64,000 nucleotides of DNA from Deferribacterales bacterium (GTDB lineage Bacteria > Chrysiogenota > Deferribacteres > Deferribacterales > Geovibrionaceae). The first letter of the stretch is position 1. Each line of letters opens with the position of its first letter. This document shows positions 59,544 to 64,000 of the stretch, one piece after another. The position numbers were made by a program, and so were the translations under genes. The stretch is taken from the NCBI GenBank assembly GCA_050253335.1, contig JBFWJG010000005.1, forward strand, positions 1,585-65,584, written 5' to 3'. The notes beneath the pieces were generated by a model. It was not told the DNA's origin, did not search any database, and saw nothing but the letters and a program-made list of their open reading frames with translations.

Positions 59544-60352
59544 AAATATATGTAAATGAAAAGGAAAGAACAGTTGAAAAGGGCGTTTCCGCCTTCGCTG
59601 TCAGGGCTTTTTTCAAAGCCGATGCCGATGTCGTGATCCTCAACGGACACCTGATCGGCGCGGACATGCCTCTTAATGACGGCGACAGAATATCACTGAT
59701 AAAAAAGGGCGAAATACCCCCCGCGGATGAACTGGAGAGCCTGCTTGTCTCCCGCCACACCCCCGGGGTTCATGAGAAGATGAAGAAGGCGAAAATAGCT
59801 GTTGCGGGCCTCGGCGGTCTCGGTTCGAACATAGCCGTAAGCCTTGCCAGAATGGGCGCAGGGGATATGCTCCTTGTGGATTATGATGTGGTGGAACCCT
59901 CCAACATAAACCGTCAGCAGTACTTTGTTGACCAGATAGGGATGAAGAAAACAGAAGCCCTGAAGGCGAATCTGGAACGCATAAATCCTTACGCATCCTA
60001 CACATATCTGGACATTTTCCTCACTGAGGCAAACACGGCGGAAATTTTCAGCGGCTATGACGTGATCATAGAAGCAATAGACAAAGCCGAAACAAAGGCT
60101 ATGATAATACGCGAATGCGCGGCAAAGTGCCGTGAAAGCTTCATAATAGGCGCAAGCGGACTGGCGGGCTACGCGGATACTTCCGCTATAAGCGTGCGCT
60201 TCGCCGGAAAGATGGCAATAGCGGGGGACTTCGTTAACGAGGCGAAACCCGGGCAGGGGCTTATGGCTCCGAGGGTGGCCGTTGCGGCGAATATTCAGGC
60301 CAATCTGGCTGTGAGATACATTCTGGGCGATCTGCAGGAGGTTAAAAGATGA
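59540..60352 (+). CDS. thiF: Sulfur-carrier adenylyltransferase ThiF with an N-terminal ThiS-like domain
   Basis: GLGGLGS, DYDVVEPSNINRQ; ubiquitin-like N-terminal ~55 aa. Confidence 0.9.
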   Translation: MKIYVNEKERTVEKGVSAFAVRAFFKADADVVILNGHLIGADMPLNDGDRISLIKKGEIPPADELESLLVSRHTPGVHEKMKKAKIAVAGLGGLGSNIAVSLARMGAGDMLLVDYDVVEPSNINRQQYFVDQIGMKKTEALKANLERINPYASYTYLDIFLTEANTAEIFSGYDVIIEAIDKAETKAMIIRECAAKCRESFIIGASGLAGYADTSAISVRFAGKMAIAGDFVNEAKPGQGLMAPRVAVAANIQANLAVRYILGDLQEVKR

Positions 60353-60552
60353 TCAAAACCGTTATAAACGGAAAAGAGGCTGAAATTAAAAAGGACTCCA
60401 CCTTAGCTGAGGTTATAGCTTTATACAAACTTAATCCGGAGCGTGTTGTGGCAGAGGTGAACGGAAATGTCCTCACGAGGGATAAATACGCCGATACCGT
60501 CATAAACAGCGGGGATAAAGTGGAGCTGATAAACTTTGTGGGCGGCGGCTAG
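60349..60552 (+). CDS. thiS: Sulfur carrier protein ThiS
   Basis: 67 aa ending FVGGG. Confidence 0.93.
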   Translation: MIKTVINGKEAEIKKDSTLAEVIALYKLNPERVVAEVNGNVLTRDKYADTVINSGDKVELINFVGGG

Positions 60553-60917
60553 GAAAGAGCCGCCTTTATGGCGTTCATGAGTGTTTCTTTCATGACTGGC
60601 TTGCTTATGTAAGCCTTTACACCCAATCCTTCCGCTTTGTTGATGAACTCGCGGTCATTGAAGGCGGTTGTCACGATCACTTTCACATCGGGCTTTTCCT
60701 GCATTATCTTTTCGCACATCTCCAGACCGTCCATGACGGGCATCTGTATATCCGTGATTACAAAATCAGGGTTGTACAGCCTGTGCATCTCAAGCCCTTC
60801 ACGGCCGTCACGGGCTTCTATTACGTTGGAGAACCTTCTGCGCAGGAGACGGAGGAGCGACTCACGCACATATAAATCATCCTCAACATAAAGAACCGTC
60901 AGAGCATCTGCTTCCAA
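60549..60917 (-). CDS. Stand-alone response regulator receiver
   Basis: YVEDD, ITDIQMP, TTAF, SKP; TTG start; its stop overlaps the thiS stop (CTAG). Confidence 0.88.
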   Translation of the reverse strand: MEADALTVLYVEDDLYVRESLLRLLRRRFSNVIEARDGREGLEMHRLYNPDFVITDIQMPVMDGLEMCEKIMQEKPDVKVIVTTAFNDREFINKAEGLGVKAYISKPVMKETLMNAIKAALS

Positions 60918-61132
60918 TTTAAGTCACCAAAAGATAATTGTCCGTGGCTGAAATTAGCGTGCTGCTAACTTTTTGCCAAGCCGCGTAAGTAATTTACGCT
61001 TACTGGATAATATTAAATGCTGTTTTATATCAAAAAAGTCAAGTTTTTTTAAAATTTTAAATCATTATTTATATGTATATTATGCACACAATAGCACTGT
61101 TTAGTCAAATTTTACACTTGACTTTCTATGTT

Positions 61133-61152
61133 ATATGAATAACTGTTCATAT
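61133..61152. promoter_or_regulatory. SmtB/CadC-type operator
   Basis: ATATGAA-TAACTG-TTCATAT inverted repeat just upstream of the ArsR gene. Confidence 0.7.
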
Positions 61153-61175
61153 ATTAATGCATCAAAAGGAAAGGT

Positions 61176-61535
61176 ATGCAGAATAATTCAGAATCATGCA
61201 CCGCCAGAATAATCCACGAGGACAGGATCGCAGAAGCCGAGCAGAACGCCCTGCCCGTGAGCGACATAAAAAAAATGGCGGCATTGTTTAAGGCCATGGG
61301 CGATCCGAACAGGATAAGGCTTCTCACCGCCCTGAAAACAGGCGAGATGTGCGTATGCGATATATCTGTCCTTCTGGGGATAACGGAATCCGCCGCCAGC
61401 CATCAGCTTAGGGTGCTGAAAAGCTTGGATCTGGTAAGTTTCCGCAGGGAAAAACAATGCTGCTACTATTCTCTGAGCGATGGTCATGTACATGAACTTA
61501 TCAGCATCTGCCTTGAACACGTGAGGCACAAATGA
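61176..61535 (+). CDS. ArsR/SmtB family metal-sensing repressor
   Basis: alpha3 site MCVCDI, N-terminal Cys/His, alpha5 site DGH-x10-H-x2-H. Confidence 0.92.
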   Translation: MQNNSESCTARIIHEDRIAEAEQNALPVSDIKKMAALFKAMGDPNRIRLLTALKTGEMCVCDISVLLGITESAASHQLRVLKSLDLVSFRREKQCCYYSLSDGHVHELISICLEHVRHK

Positions 61536-62608
61536 CAGATTTTCTTCTGAAAATACTTGAATCATCCCTTGATATACTTCTGGACACAGCCCCTTTCATG
61601 ATACTGGGCATAGCCGCGGGCGGAGCGGTAAAATCATTTTTCAGCACCGCCTTCATAGCAAAACATCTCAGCGGGGGGAAGTTTCTTCCCGTTGTTAAGT
61701 CTGCGGCGGCGGGTGTGCCTCTTCCGCTCTGCTCGTGCAGTGTTGCGCCCACGGCGGCCTCCCTCAAGAAGCAGGGAGCAAACAAAGGCGCAGTATCTTC
61801 TTTCCTTATCTCCACCCCTGAGTCAAGCATGGACAGCATAGCACTGACCTATGTTCTCATCGACCCCATAATGACCGTGATCCGCCCCGCGGCGGCTTTT
61901 CTTACCGCAACAGCCGCAGGTATCGTTCAGAACTTTCTGCCCGGAGAAGAGGAAAATCAGCCTGATGGGGGGACAGGGCATGAACATCATGTGGAAAAAG
62001 TTGCAGAAGGCACATTCTTTAAGCGTCTTAAAGACGGGCAGGTTTACGCCTTCTTTGATCTCTGGCGTGAGCTTCTGCCTTGGTTCGCTTTGGGCATTGC
62101 AGCCGCAGGGGTGATACACGCCCTGATTCCGCCTTCATTTTTCGAGAACAATTTCGGAGGCGGAATAGGCGGAATGCTCATCGTGCTTATGGCTGCGATG
62201 GGTATGTATATATGCTCCTCTGCTTCCACTCCCATAGCCGCCGCCATGATCCTGAAAGGGATGAGCCCGGGAACTGCGCTTGTGTTCATGCTGGCGGGGC
62301 CTGCGGTGAATGTGGCTTCTTTGGGGATGATCACCTCCATTCTCGGCAAAAGGGGCGCGGCGGTGCACATAACGGTTCTGGCTCTGTGCACTATCGCCTT
62401 CGGGCTGACGGTGGATGTGCTGTATCTTTATATGGGCGCATCCGCGGCAGCTTCCGTATCGCAGACAGGGGAGATTCTTCCCGCGTGGCTTCAGTGGCTT
62501 TCTGTTGCCGTGCTCGCAGGGACGGCTCTTCTCCCTCTGCTGATGAAGAAAAAAGAGGTAATGAGCGAATGTTCATGTGATTCAGGCTGCTGCGGCTCTT
62601 CAAAGTGA
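61532..62608 (+). CDS. Heavy-metal permease (DUF318/SO_0444-like)
   Basis: GVPLPLCSCSVAP, STPES, MYICSSASTP, GPAVN; His-rich loop; Cys-rich tail. Confidence 0.85.
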   Translation: MTDFLLKILESSLDILLDTAPFMILGIAAGGAVKSFFSTAFIAKHLSGGKFLPVVKSAAAGVPLPLCSCSVAPTAASLKKQGANKGAVSSFLISTPESSMDSIALTYVLIDPIMTVIRPAAAFLTATAAGIVQNFLPGEEENQPDGGTGHEHHVEKVAEGTFFKRLKDGQVYAFFDLWRELLPWFALGIAAAGVIHALIPPSFFENNFGGGIGGMLIVLMAAMGMYICSSASTPIAAAMILKGMSPGTALVFMLAGPAVNVASLGMITSILGKRGAAVHITVLALCTIAFGLTVDVLYLYMGASAAASVSQTGEILPAWLQWLSVAVLAGTALLPLLMKKKEVMSECSCDSGCCGSSK

Positions 62609-62680
62609 AATTTGTTCTGGCATTATAAATCTTTTCTCTATATATTCGCATTCATATTCAACTTTGCGGAGGTATAGAAA

Positions 62681-63565
62681 ATGGGCGGTTGCTCACAGGA
62701 CGAATCGAGCTGCGGCAGTTGCAGCTCCGCCGGCGCATGCAGTACCGACGAAAAACAGAAACACACGGATGAGCTGATTAAGAAGAGACTTTCAGACATC
62801 AAATACAAGATCATGGTTATGAGCGGCAAGGGGGGCGTCGGGAAATCCACCGTCAGCGTAAGCCTTGCCTCAATGCTTAACGCCATGGGCTACACAGTAG
62901 GCATTCTTGACGCCGATATCCACGGCCCCAACATCCCCAAGATGCTCGGCATCACCAAAAAAGGCGCCATGAGCGGCGAGGACGGCATAGTCCCCTTTGA
63001 ACCCATAGAGGGTCTCAAGGTTATGTCGGTCGGCTTTCTTGTTGAAAACGACGATGACGCCATAATATGGCGCGCCGCCATCAAGCACAGCATGATACAG
63101 CAGTTCATAAGCGATGTGGCATGGGGCGAGCTTGACTTCCTCATAATCGACCTTCCCCCCGGAACAGGGGATGAACCTCTGTCCGCCGCGCATGTAATAG
63201 GCAATGTGGACGGAAGCGTCATTGTCACCACTCCTCAGGACGTTGCTCTGCTTGACTCACGCAAGTCCGTGACATTCAGCAGAAAGCTGAATGTGCCTAT
63301 TTTCGGCATAGTGGAAAACATGAGCGGTTTCTGCTGCCCCCACTGCGGCGGAGGCGTTGACCTCTTCAAAACAGGCGGAGGCGAGAAGGCGGCTCTTGAA
63401 CTCGGCGTCACCTTCCTCGGCAAAATTCCCCTTGAGCCTCAGGTCGTGCAGGACGGCGACTCCGGCACTCCTCATGTTATCGGCCATCCCGGTTCGCCTG
63501 TGGCCAAGGCAATGAAGGAAGTGACCATAAAAATTCTCGAGCAGACAATAAAAAAAGAGGGGTAA
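62681..63565 (+). CDS. mrp: Mrp/NBP35 Fe-S cluster carrier ATPase
   Basis: SGKGGVGKST, DADIHGP, DLPPGTGD, ENMSGFCCPHC; N-terminal Cys cluster. Confidence 0.93.
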   Translation: MGGCSQDESSCGSCSSAGACSTDEKQKHTDELIKKRLSDIKYKIMVMSGKGGVGKSTVSVSLASMLNAMGYTVGILDADIHGPNIPKMLGITKKGAMSGEDGIVPFEPIEGLKVMSVGFLVENDDDAIIWRAAIKHSMIQQFISDVAWGELDFLIIDLPPGTGDEPLSAAHVIGNVDGSVIVTTPQDVALLDSRKSVTFSRKLNVPIFGIVENMSGFCCPHCGGGVDLFKTGGGEKAALELGVTFLGKIPLEPQVVQDGDSGTPHVIGHPGSPVAKAMKEVTIKILEQTIKKEG

Positions 63566-63569
63566 GCCC

Positions 63570-64000
63570 ATGAAAATGCCTAAGGTGCTTTTTGTATCGA
63601 GTGAAATTGCTCCCTACGCTAAGACGGGCGGGCTGGCGGATGTCGGCTCCTCCCTGCCTAAGGCATTGAAATCCGAAGGGGCGGACGTGATAAGCGTCAT
63701 GCCCCTTTACTCCTCAATCAACCGTGCAAAATACGGACTCGCCGTGGTTTTTCAGTCCGCCTGCGTCCACATGGGCAACTGTGAGGAATGGTACAGCGTG
63801 TACAAGGCATCCCTCGGCGGGGTTGACACCTATTTCATAGAATTTTCCAAATACTTTGACCGTCCGGGGATTTATCACACAAAGGCGGGCGAATACGCCG
63901 ACAATGCCTATCGATTCGCTTTCTTCTGCCGTGCGGCAATACAGACGGCCAAAGACCTTAAATTCAAGCCTGACATAATCCACTGCAACGACTGGCAGAC
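63570..64000 (+). CDS. glgA: Glycogen synthase, N-terminal part (runs off the right edge)
   Basis: MKMPKVLFVSSEIAPYAKTGGLADV (KTGGL motif), DNAYRFAFF, IIHCNDWQ. Confidence 0.93.
   Translation, partial: MKMPKVLFVSSEIAPYAKTGGLADVGSSLPKALKSEGADVISVMPLYSSINRAKYGLAVVFQSACVHMGNCEEWYSVYKASLGGVDTYFIEFSKYFDRPGIYHTKAGEYADNAYRFAFFCRAAIQTAKDLKFKPDIIHCNDWQ

Noticed and set aside
52495-60552. TPP riboswitch or a dedicated thiamine operon
   Set aside because: The thi genes are embedded by overlap in glnE, dnaE and comEC transcription units, and no TPP aptamer core (CTGAGA..GAACCTGA) was seen.

Overview
A gene-dense chromosomal window (about 50% GC by eye) from an anaerobic Gram-negative bacterium. Gene content and protein style suggest Deferribacterota (Geovibrio/Denitrovibrio-like), which is an inference and not verified. 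Core content: coaE, mltD, nth, cysE-rrf2-iscS, a small 2x[4Fe-4S] ferredoxin missed by the ORF track, ppk2-mscS-GT4-hemW-tetraheme cytochrome c, dapL, rpsF-ssb-rpsR, rluD, a complete nuoA-N operon, a Ni/Co ECF transporter, tRNA-fMet, glnE, thiD/thiE-like/thiF/thiS, dnaE, comEC, an ArsR-permease pair, mrp and the start of glgA. Accessory pieces: an AT-rich type II restriction-modification pair between 10-bp direct repeats, an AT-rich UDG-fold-like orphan, and an MFS gene between two copies of the rpsR terminator. Most interesting signals: (1) a dispersed modular palindromic repeat family at three intergenic loci, with 14 hairpins whose loops all match the CsrA/RsmA consensus on one strand per locus, plus a fully covarying 15-nt internal hairpin; (2) a 19-aa polyproline leader peptide with ermC-like alternative pairings upstream of the MFS gene; (3) complex I whose NuoEFG module has the architecture and motifs of electron-bifurcating HydABC/BfuABC enzymes. 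No CRISPR array, cas gene, transposase or integrase is visible. All calls were made by eye, with no database searches.
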